In this document: piece after piece, positions 12,601 through 25,376 of the stretch | Position numbering within the stretch: position 1 is the stretch's first letter | Layout: each line of letters opens with the position of its first letter | From: Vicugna vicugna | Taxonomy: Eukaryota | Assembly (NCBI GenBank): GCA_013265495.1 | Contig: MU058337.1 | Span: 1,294,777-1,358,776 of the forward strand | Direction of reading: 5' to 3' | DNA: 64,000 nucleotides | Translations under genes and position numbers: made by a program | The notes under the pieces: generated by a model | The model's input: only the letters and a program-made list of their open reading frames with translations | Told to the model about the DNA's origin: nothing | Database searches by the model: none

Positions 12601-14066
12601 GAACATCTCTGATTTTCACAGAGTTGAGAATTTAATAGCCTTCAATTGGAAAAATGCTTAATTACTTATTTCTTCTCCACTTTTGCCTTACTGCATTCAG
12701 GGGAGGGGGTGCCAATACTCCGCCCCATCCTCTTCTGCCTCCTTCCCCACTCAGCCCTGTGCAGACACCCTGCTCATCAATGTGGGGTCTTATTGATTCT
12801 TTTTGGCCAAAATGGTTCACTGAGCTGAGGCTCCCGCCCAGGCCCAAGGCCAGGGTGCTCTTTCTCTGCATCCTTGTGTTCTGCTGCTTGTGTTTGGGTT
12901 CTTTCATCTCCTCCACTCAGAGTAAGTCAGCCTGGAGGGGTGGAAGTGGTGAGATTCTAAAATTGAGTTTGGGCCTAGTGGAGCGAAGAGGAGATTGTGG
13001 CTTTAAATTAGGCAGCCTTCTCCAGCCGTGTTTACCAAAGAGCTCTGCAGATTTTGTGGGAAAGCCCAACAAACAGTAAGGCGGGATGTTGAGTTTAATT
13101 TTTCTCCCGTTGTCACTCACGCTCGTAATTCCCTTGGGAGCCTCCTAAGCAGGGGTGGCTGGGCTCTGAGGGCGGACTCGGGCATTCCTCCGTCCCCTAA
13201 GCAAATGCCACTGAATAGCACTAGGACGTTGCCTCAGTCAGGACTGGTGTCACGAGCCAAGAACGGCCCTGTGCTCGGTCTGCTGCTCTGCTGCTGTCAT
13301 CCTTGAAATCTTTAATAGTTTTTGAACAAAAGATACTGAGGTCTGCAAACTATGGAGCTGGTTCTAGCCCCAGCCCCCAAGCCTGAGTGTTTTTTCTGAT
13401 GAAAGTAGTCAAAATTCGCACACAACCAGATTCACTTTGCACACTAGGGAGAACACAGGAGTGTCGCTTTCCTTCTGGGTCGCCTGGTAAGGCAAATTGT
13501 AGTAAAAACTGTCTTTCTTTCCTGGAAAGACTCGAGTCCTTACCTTCCGCACCTAACTGTAGATTTGCATTTGGGAATCATTTTCAGAGACAAGTAAAAG
13601 CCCCGGGGCCTCCGCTCTGTTATTGGAAGAAGGAAGTAGAAAAGGCTGCTAAACAGTGGAAACTGCAGATAGTCCACGATCGCAGGAGCCCCGCTTTGTC
13701 ACCATCATGACAGGGTGACTGACCTTCGGGAGGTTCTAAACTTACGTCAAGATCAAATTCATGTGGAAATAAAAGAGCGAGGCTCCCTGGATCTTAACCA
13801 GTCACTGACTGGCGGGCGGGCCAGCTAGTAAATCAAATCAGGATTATCACAGAACGCTCATGGTATTGATTCCTTGTCATGCTCCTTTTCAGAAAAGTAA
13901 CATCACTCTCGTCCTTCCTTGGGATTTCGTTCAGAGACCTGTGCTCATGGCCTTTCTAATCAATGTCAGATTTCCTCTGGGACAAGGTCAGGAATAGCTG
14001 TCTTAACTGGAACAGTGACTGGAGATTAGGATGAAATTATTTCTACCCACAGCCAGCATGATGTTC

Positions 14067-14457
14067 TGTTTACTTTATCTTTTTCAGTCCAGGGCCCTGC
14101 CAACAAATTCACGTTAAATGCACGTAATACTCCAATCTGTTTAAAAGATTTGGTATGAAATGAAAGAATCAAGTGTGTTATGAATAAGTGTCTGTTGACA
14201 GGCCCCAGGGACATACCGTCCTTTTCTAAATTCATCACATTAAAGCAGATATGGTTCTCAGATGCTAATACTCTTTCCAATTTGTTTACAACCAAATGGA
14301 TCAACGGACCATTAATTCAGTTGCAGAACTGTCATCTCTGGCTTTAGGTTCTGTACGACTGATGAGACTTCGCTGGTGTTTGCTCACACGGCCTGTTCAG
14401 CACTTCACGTTAATGATTGCTATTGACAAAGTTATTGGATTCAAAATGAATGTTTAC
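14067..14457. promoter_or_regulatory. Forkhead/HNF1 motif cluster; putative enhancer
   Basis: TGTTTAC at 14067, 14283 and 14451, TGTTGAC 14193, TGTTTGC 14377, TATTGAC 14421 and GTTAATGATT 14409-14418, in repeat-free DNA. Confidence 0.35.
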
Positions 14458-16409
14458 ATTGAAATGGGAAACAAGTGTCGAATATGAAGCTCAAATAGAT
14501 ACTCTGATACTCCAAGCTGGAGAAGCTTATCAAGGCTTAAACCCTCCACTGCTTATTCACCCTGATGAAAAGCGAAGACAATAGGAGACATGGGGATAAA
14601 TGTAATGAAGAGAAACAATACTGGGGTTGTGAGAGGTTAATACTGGCACAACAGAGTTAATCTGGGAGAGGCTGGGGGAGGTTTTAGGCTAAAGACTTAG
14701 ACAAGACTTGTTACTTTTTGATCCAGTTGTGTGCCATGAATGACTATTTACAAAGAAGATTTTGGATTTTCAAACCAGCAGGGCAGAAGTTACGTCCTTG
14801 ATTTTTCTTGTTAAACACACTTGGGTACTGGTTCTCAGAACAAATGATGTCGAAGGTCTTCATTTTCTTCTCAAGCAACCAAACAAAAGAACTATAACAA
14901 TACAGATACTTAAGAGGACACAGAATTTGACTCAAGACCAAAAAGTCCCTGAAAGCCAAACTGTATATTTAACAGGTGCACAATAATATTATTTTGTGAA
15001 ACAGAGAAGAAATGCTATGTCATTTTAATGTTCTAAAGGTTAAAAGATAAAATTTACACATGTGATTAATGATCACTTAAATAAAGTGCTTTTAAACATT
15101 TGTTTTAAAATTGCATATTCTGCATTATTATATCTGACATATAAAGTCAGATAAATGAGATTATGTCCAAAAGGGTGAAATTTAAGAGTGTGCCTCTGCT
15201 TTGCACATATCTGCAAAACCTCGGTCTCACACAGCTGAATGCAAAAGTTTTCAAAATATGAGTGAGTTAAATTCACTTACGATTTTCCCAAGGTAAGAAA
15301 CCAACCATAACCTGAGGGGGGGAAATTTATATTAAAATCAAATTAATGTTTCTGAAAATCAGCCATGTGCTTTGAATTCAATAGCATCTCTTCAAACGTA
15401 TTATTAAGCACTTATATGAAAGGCCCCATGAATTAGATCTGGGACTACAAACTGTTAGCAATTACACCATGCATCACATTTGAAGGAATGGGAAAATCTA
15501 AAAACAAAGTAATTAAGACCAAACAAAAGTAACATCACAGCTGTTTGGATAGGTAGGTATTCAAGCCCTTGGGCAGATATCCAAGGGGGCCTGTTACCAC
15601 CAGAAGGTTTGATCAGAATTGTCCTAAACCCAACGAAGGGTTTTCACCTTACCTTTCATATTTCTAAGGGAAAGATTTTATGTTAATGGCCATTGTTATC
15701 TATCTCCGTTTCCTAAGTTGAAATGCTAATATGGAAACATTTTATGGAAATATGGAAAATTTGTATGTTTAATATATTTAAATATAACATGGAAACATAT
15801 CGTCTTACAGAAGATTATTGAATTTACATGCAATTTTTAAAGTATATCTTAACCTACAGAGGTAATATAAAAATCATGACAAAGTGTCAGTGCCATTTGA
15901 AAATGTATTTATTACTGTTATTTCTATTGCTGAATACGTTTGAAAGCAAGTAAGACATCTTTATCTTAAAAGGCTATGTAATTTTTTACATATTTATAAG
16001 AGTACTAGAAAATTAAATTTGTTTATAAAAGATTCCTTTTGAATTCCATTAGTGAACTCATACTGGATCTTATTATTTAAGCTGCTTTCTTTTTCTAGGG
16101 TATCATCTTTATATTGGTTAAGTTGAAATGAACATAAGTTATAAAGCAACAGCAAAACAATGTTATTGTGCAACTCTGCTTGTCAAAATAATCTGTAATG
16201 TCATATGCTCAACTTTCTCAAGATTACTCCAAAGCTTCTAGGTAACAACATGCTTAAAATAAATTGAAATATAAAATGCACGCTTAGTTATCAGACTTAG
16301 CAAAACCGGCCTACTGGAATATAAATAAGGTCCTCAATGACTAATATTAGTTTATCCAAAGAACAAAGAGAAATTTACCATGAAATTTACAGACAGAAAG
16401 GTTTTTTCC

Positions 16410-16665
16410 CCCCTCTGGAGGACAGCACAAAGACTTCTAGTTGGAAATTATAATTACAGGTAGATTTTAGGTCAATGTAAGTCAAGACAGCTGAAATTAT
16501 AGCTACAGAACATTCAGACTGGCTGCTCTCAGGCATGGTAGGCCCCATATCACTGCAATTATTTAAGAGAAAATAGAAGAAAAAAAAGACAAGAAAAACA
16601 CACCTTTCTGGTAAAGGATAAGTTTTTATAAGCTGGCAGTTGTACTAAAGAGTCCATAAGGGTTG
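16410..16665 (+). mobile_element. L3/CR1 3' fragment
   Basis: aattacaggtagattttaggtcaatgtaag...ggctgctctcaggcatggtaggccccatatcactgcaattatttaag resembles the CR1/L3 3' end. Confidence 0.55.
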
Positions 16666-16710
16666 TCAGAGTCAATAAGCATTATGAGCGAGTCAAAGGC
16701 TATCACTTCA

Positions 16711-16797
16711 GGCGCGCGAGCTCTCACACTCACCCAGTTGAGTGCGCGAGCATTCACACTCACCTGGTCGGGCGCGCGAGCTCTCACACTCACCTGG
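16711..16797. repeat. 30-bp minisatellite, ~2.9 copies, CpG-rich
   Basis: GGCGCGCGAGCTCTCACACTCACCCAGTTG / AGTGCGCGAGCATTCACACTCACCTGGTCG / GGCGCGCGAGCTCTCACACTCACCTGG. Confidence 0.9.
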
Positions 16798-17519
16798 GAT
16801 TCTTATGACTTTAGGAACAACGTCCGTGTGGGGTTACTTTTGGAAAATCATAGAGATAACTAATTAAATGTGATCATCTTTTAAAATGTGAAAAGTCTGC
16901 ATGTTCTTCAAAACATTTCCTCCTTATCTCCTTCAGTTGTCTTTCCCTCACTCTGTAGCACACAGTGTAACTCAGCTAAACTCTCTCAGGTGCCTCCTCA
17001 TCCACCAATGTCCGTGGACCAGACGGACAGAATGCCTGTGTGTCTGGGTATGTCTCGTCCCCTCCAGGGGACTCTGAAGAAGGTGACAGGCAGGGAGGCA
17101 TTAGAAGGAGGTGGAAGAAGAGGAAGTAACATAGACAGAGGCGGTTGAGGGAAAATCACCCCTGAGATTTGGGTGCGAAAAGAGGAAACAGAGTTTTATT
17201 TTGGCGTTTTCCCCATGACAGATACAAATTATGTCCCTGCTGCACCCTCGGAAGCCTTTCCTAAACCTCCAATCTGCCCGAGGACCTTGTGATGTGGCCC
17301 CAGCCTCCTGTGCGTCTGTCTTTCCTGTCACCACCGTGTGGGAGGTGACTGAGCACCTGCACTCTCACAGGAAGGACGATCAGGGAGCAAGGAAGCTCTG
17401 CTTTCCCATCACAGAGCGAACATTTATCCCATGTTCACTGTGTGTTTTGCAAACAGTATCCCACTTGATCTTAACGTCAGCGCCCTGAAGTGGGTGCCAT
17501 TTGTCACGTTTCAGAGGTG

Positions 17520-17777
17520 GTGCAGCACTGTGGTTAAGATTCCAGACTTTGGGGCCAGAAGTTCCTAGGTTTTAGTCCTGGCTCTGTCACTATTAGCTGT
17601 TTAGTCTCGGGCAAGTCAATTATCTCTGTATACCTCCAGTTCCTCATCTGTAAAAAGAGGATAAAAATAGCGCTTACCTCATAGAGTTTTTTATGAGCAT
17701 AAAATAATTACTAAATATAAGGCGCTTGGGAGAGTGCCAGCCACAGAGCAGATGATAAGTAAACGTCAGTTATCATT
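17520..17777 (+). mobile_element. Near full-length MIR flanked by antisense MIR pieces
   Basis: gtggttaagattccagactttgg...gggcaagtca...cagttcctcatctgtaaaaagaggataa...cctcatagag. Confidence 0.85.
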
Positions 17778-18429
17778 GCCCTCATTTTGCAGAGGAGGAA
17801 ACAGGTTTAGGGAATCCACATCACAGGTGCTGAATGGGAAGTTATCTTACTCTTACGCACTATGCAAAGATGCTCTAAAACATAAAATATAAAATATAAA
17901 ATGTGTTATCTCCGGAACAGAGATCAACCAGAGGTGACCGACAAGTGTGGTTAGAGTGAGTGGTAGAAACATCCCTCTCGGCGCAGCCGTCAAGGCAGGC
18001 TGGCCAGGGGTGCACTCGCAGGAGCAGCGTCGGAGGGCAGATGCCGGGATTTACAGGCGCTCCGGCAGCTTTGCTGGAGAAGCACTTGCACCTGGGAAGC
18101 AGCCTGCGTGAGACCTTGATGGTCAGTATTAATTCCAGGGTCGGATCACTGCTCAGAACGTTAGCTCTTCTTTCCTAATTAATCTACCGTCAGCCTGTAG
18201 GTCCACCTCCAGAAGAAATCTTTACTAAAGCAAACCTGTGAGATGTGACCAAACAGCTTGAGGAGGGGAGGGGATCCCCTGGTGCTGGCGACAGGGATAG
18301 GTTCAGAAGTGTTCATTCACTCAACTGATGTTTAAGTGAGCAACTGCTACAGAGCAGACCCCACACGAGGTGTAGGCATTTGTGAGGCAAAGTTAGGTGA
18401 GGCTGGGTACTTCCTTTCCTGAAATTAAA

Positions 18430-18745
18430 GTCTTTCTTCAGTGGTGGATGCTGGGGAACTTGGTTAACTACTTAAGGATGGGGAACATATCTAGATTCTC
18501 ACCTTGCACCATGCAGTAAAATTGAATTTTAGCTGTCTTAAATAATTAAACGTAAAAAATAGCAAATACAAACTGTAAGTAAATAATTATCTGATTTGTT
18601 GGTCGAGCAGAACTTTCCAAATGCCTAAGCTCAGGAAAAAAATGAAAGAAGATTGTTAGATGATATTAATTCAAAATTACTGTTTGTGAGTCAAAATATT
18701 ATGAAAACAACAAACCAGGAAAAATATTTTAAGTAAATATAAAAA
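18430..18745 (+). mobile_element. Ancient L1 ORF2 fragment
   Basis: tgctggggaacttggttaacta...agattctcaccttgcaccatgcagtaaaattgaattttag. Confidence 0.65.
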
Positions 18746-19974
18746 GCCAGCCATCTGGAACGTACTTTGCTGCTCTGCGGGACTCTGAGCCCTGCAGGCT
18801 CACCACACTGCCAGTTTGTAACCAATCCTGCACTGACTGCTTTTTTTCCCCAGTGTCTGGATTATCACCTCAATGTTCTGATGTGCTCGCAAGTCATTAT
18901 GCTGATTTTAGAATTTCTCCCCAAACGTCTGACTGCCTGGCTTTGGTCCAATACCCCATGGAATTCCTACCATGCCTCTTGCGCCACCTGGATCACATCT
19001 CGTACCCCAGGGTGCAAGTTCAGTTCCCCTAAACCATCCTTTAAATTAGGGCTGGCTTAGTCCCATTTCTTTTCTAATATAAAGTCTATTATAGACACCC
19101 TCCTTTAGACGTCAGTTCTATTAACTTTCTCTGCATCCCAGGACTTCTCCCCCTGGTCTGCGGCTGAGATTTGAGCGCATCTCAGAGCTCAGCCTGCCCT
19201 TCAGAGATGCTAGAAGAAGGCATCGAAGCCAATTTTCAATGTCAAAACTTCATTTTTTGTTCTTCTAACTAAACAGTTGTCTCAGATCTCTGTTAAGAGA
19301 TCAGCAGTTTTCCCAAGGACATAAGACAGATGTGGGGCAGAAAAGGGGTTTCACGTTCATCTGATAAAGAGGGAGCACGCAGACCCAAGTAGAGCTCTCC
19401 CTCACGCCAGTCATGGGGTTTGGACAACTTTTATGAAGACTTTCCTTCCTCATCATGCGAGGAAGAAATATTCCCCATTTAAAAAGGTGTACCTTCCTTC
19501 ACAAGTCACAATATTAGGAGGAAGAAAAATAATTAGGCGTTTGTCTCCAAGCGTTTGCATCACGTACAAGCCTGAAACTGCTGTCGAATCAGAGAGCTGG
19601 GAGGCCAACTGAAGAGGAAACAGGAAACAGCAACAGTGCACTTCCCACCAGTTTCACAGACTTGTTAAAAATTCAGGCCAGAGAGGATCTGGGAGGGGAG
19701 CTGACAGGGATGTCCTCTAACCTGGAGGCCAGAGAGCAGGCACCTCCGTTGATGTGACTTCCACTAAATGGGATGTTTATTTGCATCTAGGGGTCAGGTT
19801 ACTAACGGAGAGGCCTGCAGCCTGGGTATTTAGTGTCATCTTGCATATCTGTCAGTGAATGAGAAGACACAAAACATTGCTCAGGGTTTAGACTTGGGGC
19901 GTTTGTGATGCTTAAAGGTATGAATTATTTTTTGGAAGGGGAAGCTGGAGGAAAATATTTTTTTAAATATATTA

Positions 19975-20393
19975 TTGAAACTCCAGTCTAATCATGAGAA
20001 AACATCAGACAAATTCCAATGGGGGGCGGCCTAGCAAGTTCCTAACCAGCCCCCTTAAAGCTGCCAGGGACATCAAAACAAGGAAAGTCTGAGCTACTGC
20101 CACAGCGGGAGACCAAGAAGCCCTGCCAGCTAACCAGCTAAATGCAACGTGCCCTGGATGGGATTCCAGCGCAGAGCAGGGACACTGGGGGCAAAGTAAA
20201 GAACTCGAAATAAACCATGGACTTCCAACAAAACAAGGAATCAATCTTGGGTCATAATTATAACCCACGTAAGGTGTTAATAACAGGGGAAGGCAGCAGG
20301 GCCACACAGGGACTCTCTAAACTAGCTTCATTTTTTCATACATCAAAAACTTTTCTAAAACATAAAGTCTATTTAAAACTTAAAAAAAAAAAA
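19975..20393 (+). mobile_element. L1M (L1MB/L1MC-like) 3' UTR with poly(A)
   Basis: ctaatcatgagaaaacatcagacaaatt...aaggaaagtctgag...ctggatgggattcc, ending in an A-run. Confidence 0.8.
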
Positions 20394-20569
20394 CTATTGA
20401 GATCCAGGTCCGCGACTAAACCTTAAGCAAGGTAAACAACTTTGCTTGATACGTGATAATCATGATTCTTTTAAAATACTTTTTATTTTTATGGAACAGG
20501 AAATGATCTATATTCACATCCTTTTCCTTTTAAATGTATAGTCTTAGCTAATTTTATTGAGTTTTTTTT

Positions 20570-21060
20570 CTTAATTTAAGAGTAATGATTGGCCATTGTA
20601 GAAAATTAGGAAGGTACAAGTAAAAAGAAAATCAGAATCACATACAGCAATTGAGACAGATCTGGTCGTGAAGGATACTTTGTGAGTTTGAATACCTGAA
20701 TTCATCTTACAAAGACACACAAAAATACAAAGAACACATAATTGATACATTTATAACATGTAGCTGCTGCATCACATTTCATTACGTGAAGGACCATTTA
20801 TCTCTGGCCAGTGCATTATTTTGGGACATGAACATTCTTTATAATCTTTTAATGTTATTTTTGAAAACGTCACTCAGCCAAACATTCTTTCTATGAATTG
20901 TTGCATATGCCTGTAATTATTTCCTTCACATAAATACCTAGAAATGGGGCTTCTGAGTCAAAAGGTACGAATAATTTCAAGATGTTTGTAAATGTTGCCA
21001 AATCACTCTGCAAAATCTGTGCCACTGTGCACTCCAACCAGCTAAGCTGCAGAGTGTCTG
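20570..21060 (-). mobile_element. Ancient L1 (L1ME-like), antisense
   Basis: ttatttccttcacataaatacctagaaatggggcttctgagtcaaaaggta...gccaaatcactctgcaaaa. Confidence 0.75.
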
Positions 21061-24000
21061 GAAGGCCCCCTTCATTAATGAGATCAGCCATTCAACCAAG
21101 ATACTTAAAGAAACCCTTCTATGTACCGTGTTCTTGTCTAAAAGGTTCTATCACCAAAACACAAAATAGATTACAAGAGGATTTTCAAAAAATTCTCACA
21201 TTTTGAAACTATGACGTTCTGCGCTAGAAAATGTTTTTGTTCCTTTCCCTTGTTCTGTTGTGAAATATTAATTCACATTGTTAAATAGAAAACAGATTAA
21301 ATCGTGAAGGGAGAAATAGACAGTATGGGTGCCTACATCTGCTCTTCCACTTCCCACAGTAACAGGGTTTTAGCTCAAATCCATTCATAAGCATGTTCAT
21401 TTTGATAAACTGGTAAACTGAAAAACAACTGATCAACTGGACTCAGTGTGTCTTACATAAAATAGTAAATATAATTAGTGTAGAAGGAATGCCTTTTACC
21501 ACTGAATGAAGTTGGCAGGAGTATTATTTTGTTCCCTGTAAGCCCAGGCCCTCCCCGCCACTTAGTTCCAGTGTTATGATGGGAAATGCAGTCTCGGATG
21601 CTATGCATCACCCCTTGTCCTCAAAGCCTGTGGCAACCCTCCCAGAAGCAGCCACCCTGCTTCCCGTGTGGTCCTGGCAGGCTCAGAGGCTCTGCTGCCC
21701 CCTCACAGTTTCCTTCAGGGCTCAGGTTCTTACTGGACGAGCGACACAAGACCTCTTTCCCCACTAAATCCTGAACCCAGGCCTTCCCTAGCTGGGCTCC
21801 CAGCCTGCGCCCCCAGTAAGGCGGGCGCAGTCTCCCGCGCGCGCTTCCTCTTCTGTAAAGACCCATCCTCCCCGGGAAGCAGCTTCTACTTCCCAGTCGG
21901 GCAGAAATCCCTCGGGCAAAATCTCCCTAAGCCACGACCACCTGCTGGAGTCCTGCTGCCGGGAAAACGCAGAGCAAAGAGAAAACACAAAACAATGCTT
22001 CAAACTTTTTTTCCAAAAGGATCTTGTCCAGTGTAGACAGTGTCATCAGCTATCATGGGATGACCAATTTTCCAGGAATTAGCAGATCAAGGGGAAAAGG
22101 GGTCTTTGGACAATTTGAGTACAAAAAATAAAAATAAAAATTAAACTCTGTGCTGGGCTTGGAGTCAAGCAGAGTGGCTGTGGATCAGGCTCTTCACATT
22201 CCAATACGGCTGAGCGGCAGACGACGCTGTAAACGAGGGGAGACTTGCTCTGCCTTCCCTTCCAGGAATGTCCTTCTCCACCCAGACCACCCTCCGGCCT
22301 TGGGTCTCAAGCTCCTATTGGACCCTGGCAACCCCCTCTGTTTTTCCTCCCAAACCCAGGCTCTGCGTGCTCTCCAGGTGAACTCAACAGATAAGCACGT
22401 GCAGGTTGGCAGCGAAAGGAAAACCCTTCAGGAGCCCCTGTGGACCAAGCTCCTGCACACAACCCAGAGATGGGGCTTCTGTGCGGGGAAGGCAACACCT
22501 GCTCCTAGCGAAAGCCGCTGCCACGGCAAAGCAGCAGCAGGACCCCTGGGGGCAAGTGATGAGTCAGACTGTAGACTCAGGAACGCGGTGTTCAGAGTTT
22601 CCTGCTGTTGCCTCACCATGAGTGCAAAGTTCCTTGCTTACCTGACAGGGCTGCAGTGAGCACGTGGGGAGTGGGATGAGGGTTTCAAGTGTTTCTGAAG
22701 TAATTATTTAGGTGAGAAGGTGTCTATTTACTGTAATTTTATACACAAAACTTTTTTTTCCTTAAACTGAAGACCCTTCCTCTCCACATCCAACCCTCTC
22801 CTGGAGTCAGACTTGGTTAATCCATCCCTGGACCCCAACGACATACAGTTTTATGTCTGTGAGTGTACTTGGTTCGGCTCTGTCGCAGGTGTGTGAGTAA
22901 TTGTCTCCTCTGTGAGACTGCGAGCAGGGCTAGGCCTCATTCCTATACCCACTCATTCAGGCCAGCAATGCCACCGGCTCTGCTGTGAGGGACCCTTCAG
23001 GGAGGTCACCGAGCTGGACACGTGCAGCAACTATGAACAAACGTGGGGGTGTCAAATCGTGCAGAAGATACCAGATTTCAGTGACAGGTCACGTAACTGG
23101 GCTTTTTGTCCCTGTGGTCCCAGCACTTGGCACAGAGAACTACGTCTGCTGAGCTGAATGAAATGAACAGACTGCTTGTGTCTAAAGTCAAATTTAGCTT
23201 CAGACTCTTGTCCACTTCCTGCCAGTCCTGGAATATGTGGTTGTTGCCCTGACCTGTCGGTTCACTAATATTGAAAATGGAGGATCTATGTAAAAAAAAT
23301 GAGCATCGTTCTAAAAAATCATGCTGCCTTCAAAATAAAGCGAGCAAGCAGTGCTCCAATTTCAGGACTAGAGTATGTTCTCGGTCTCCAAAATATAGTC
23401 ATAATAGAGTCATAAAAGTAGAGAAAAGTTGTAAAGAGATTATCTTGGAGTCCAGTCTTACGGTTACATGTCAGGTAACCCTGAGCTCGGATAGGTGGAG
23501 GGAAGGGCCAGGGTGGGCAGACATGGAGGATGTCGCAGTCTCCACGTGATGACGGAGCAGGCGCATCTGTCTCAGGTACAGATTTTACTTATATACCCCC
23601 ACCCCCCAATTAAATATTATAGATTATGGTTTCATGTTCTGTCCTGAAGTGTATTTAAGTTGCCTTAAACTTATGTTCCCGTCTCTTACCAGACCTTAAA
23701 GATTTTGGTTTGGGGACTTAATCACTTACATCTCATATTAATATCCTCACTGACTGTTATCTGAATGAATGAATAAATCATACCTTTGATCCGGATTGAG
23801 TGCTGCCTCTATTTGAATGCCTTCGTATTCACATTTTTCTTCACTTGGATCCTATTAGCCAAACTAGAGAAAATCTGTCTAATCAGTATGCCCCATTTCC
23901 CTCTGAAGAATTCAGTTTCTTTTTGGAAATTAACAGAATTAAGTCTGTAAAGACCTGAGAAAGTTTCCGACATACAAACTTAGTAAACAGACATATCCCT

Positions 24001-24882
24001 ATGACCAGTAAGCCTGCGTCACTGTGTAAGCAAAGCTCTGGATCCTTTATTAAGTATTTTGTTCTTAGGTCATAAACAGAATAATTAACATGATTTTTTC
24101 CATAGAAATGCTCTGTGAAATTGGGTGAGTGGCACTGCATGATTTGTGACATCTTTATTCTATACAATCACTAAAAACTAATCTTAAACAGGCTTCATCA
24201 TTTGTAAAAACTGACCCTGTAACATTTTGGCATAGTTATCTGTTCCTCTTGTCAGGAACAGAAATGATTTGAAATATTTCTAAAGGCATTTCCAAGATAA
24301 GTGCTTTTAAAAATTGCAATTGACAATTAACTGTTTATGACAAGGAGCTCATATAACCGGATGAGAGGCAAATTGTGTTTAGACAAATTTAGGAGACGAC
24401 ATTCTAGACCCAGCAACACCTAGAAGATCTTTTCACACATCATTTGGCTTTTTATTTTATTTTATTTTTGATGGATGGATGAGCAAACTTTAAGGAGTTA
24501 ATGGGCAGATAAAAGTTGAAATGGAAAAGGACAGTAATGTTAAGACAAGTTAAAAGCTCTTTCCGACACCAGCTCCCGACACTGCCTCCCCAGCCGTTTC
24601 CCCTGTGAACTTTTTGTGTTTCATTCATTTTGCTGGAACTGGAAATGGAGAGGCCAAGAAAAGCCATATCCTGCTTCACTGGCTAAAGCTCTCCCCGTAA
24701 GCGAGTGTAATGGGTTAGAAGCTAATACCAGTGACAGATCTAAGAAAAGTTACCCAGTGTCTCCAGTTCCTGGAGAGGCTCCCTGCGGCTCTGCCTCTGT
24801 TCCTTTCCCTTCACTCTCCTCTCCTCTTATCTGTGGAAGCTTCCATGACAAACCAGGGGCACCTATTAAGAAACAAAATCCG

Positions 24883-24982
24883 CAACTGTTAGAAGCGCGC
24901 AGAGCCTCATTAAGGGAGGGTCTGGCCGGGAACAGGCTTCAGTTACAGCTGACTTAGCGCTGATGCTCACGTGAGCAGATAA
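24883..24982. promoter_or_regulatory. MYB-like/E-box/MARE-like/GATA motif cluster; putative enhancer
   Basis: CAACTG 24883, CAGCTG 24946, GCTGACTTAGC 24948-24958, 14-bp palindrome TGCTCACGTGAGCA 24964-24977 and AGATAA 24977-24982. Confidence 0.4.
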
Positions 24983-25376
24983 GCTCTTACGAGAGAAATC
25001 AAATTTCCTTTAAATTTGCAAACTATTGTTTCCTTTTATTTATCTTCTGAAAAGGCGTCTTTCTGTGCCTCGGTGTGAACCCTCTCAGCTCTCCACGTGC
25101 TTCTGTTTTGACCATTTCCTTGTATCAGTTTTCCACGTGGTTTCTGCTGAAGCACACCAGGGAAGGGGCCACAGACAGTGAAATTCTTCCTGTCACTGAG
25201 GACAAGAAAGAGCCTTTCCTTGCCTTCATCCAAGCAAAACCTTTATGATATTTTTCCCTTTTACTCGGAGGCCAGTGTACGAGAGAAGTGTACGATTCGT
25301 GGGTGCACAGCTGAAAGGTCACAAACTGGAAATCCCCAAAAACCCGGCACTCGGGCCATGAACACAACATGACCAG

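Noticed and set aside
16711..16797. CRISPR-like 30-bp repeats
   Set aside because: Contiguous tandem units with no spacers, in a mammalian genome.
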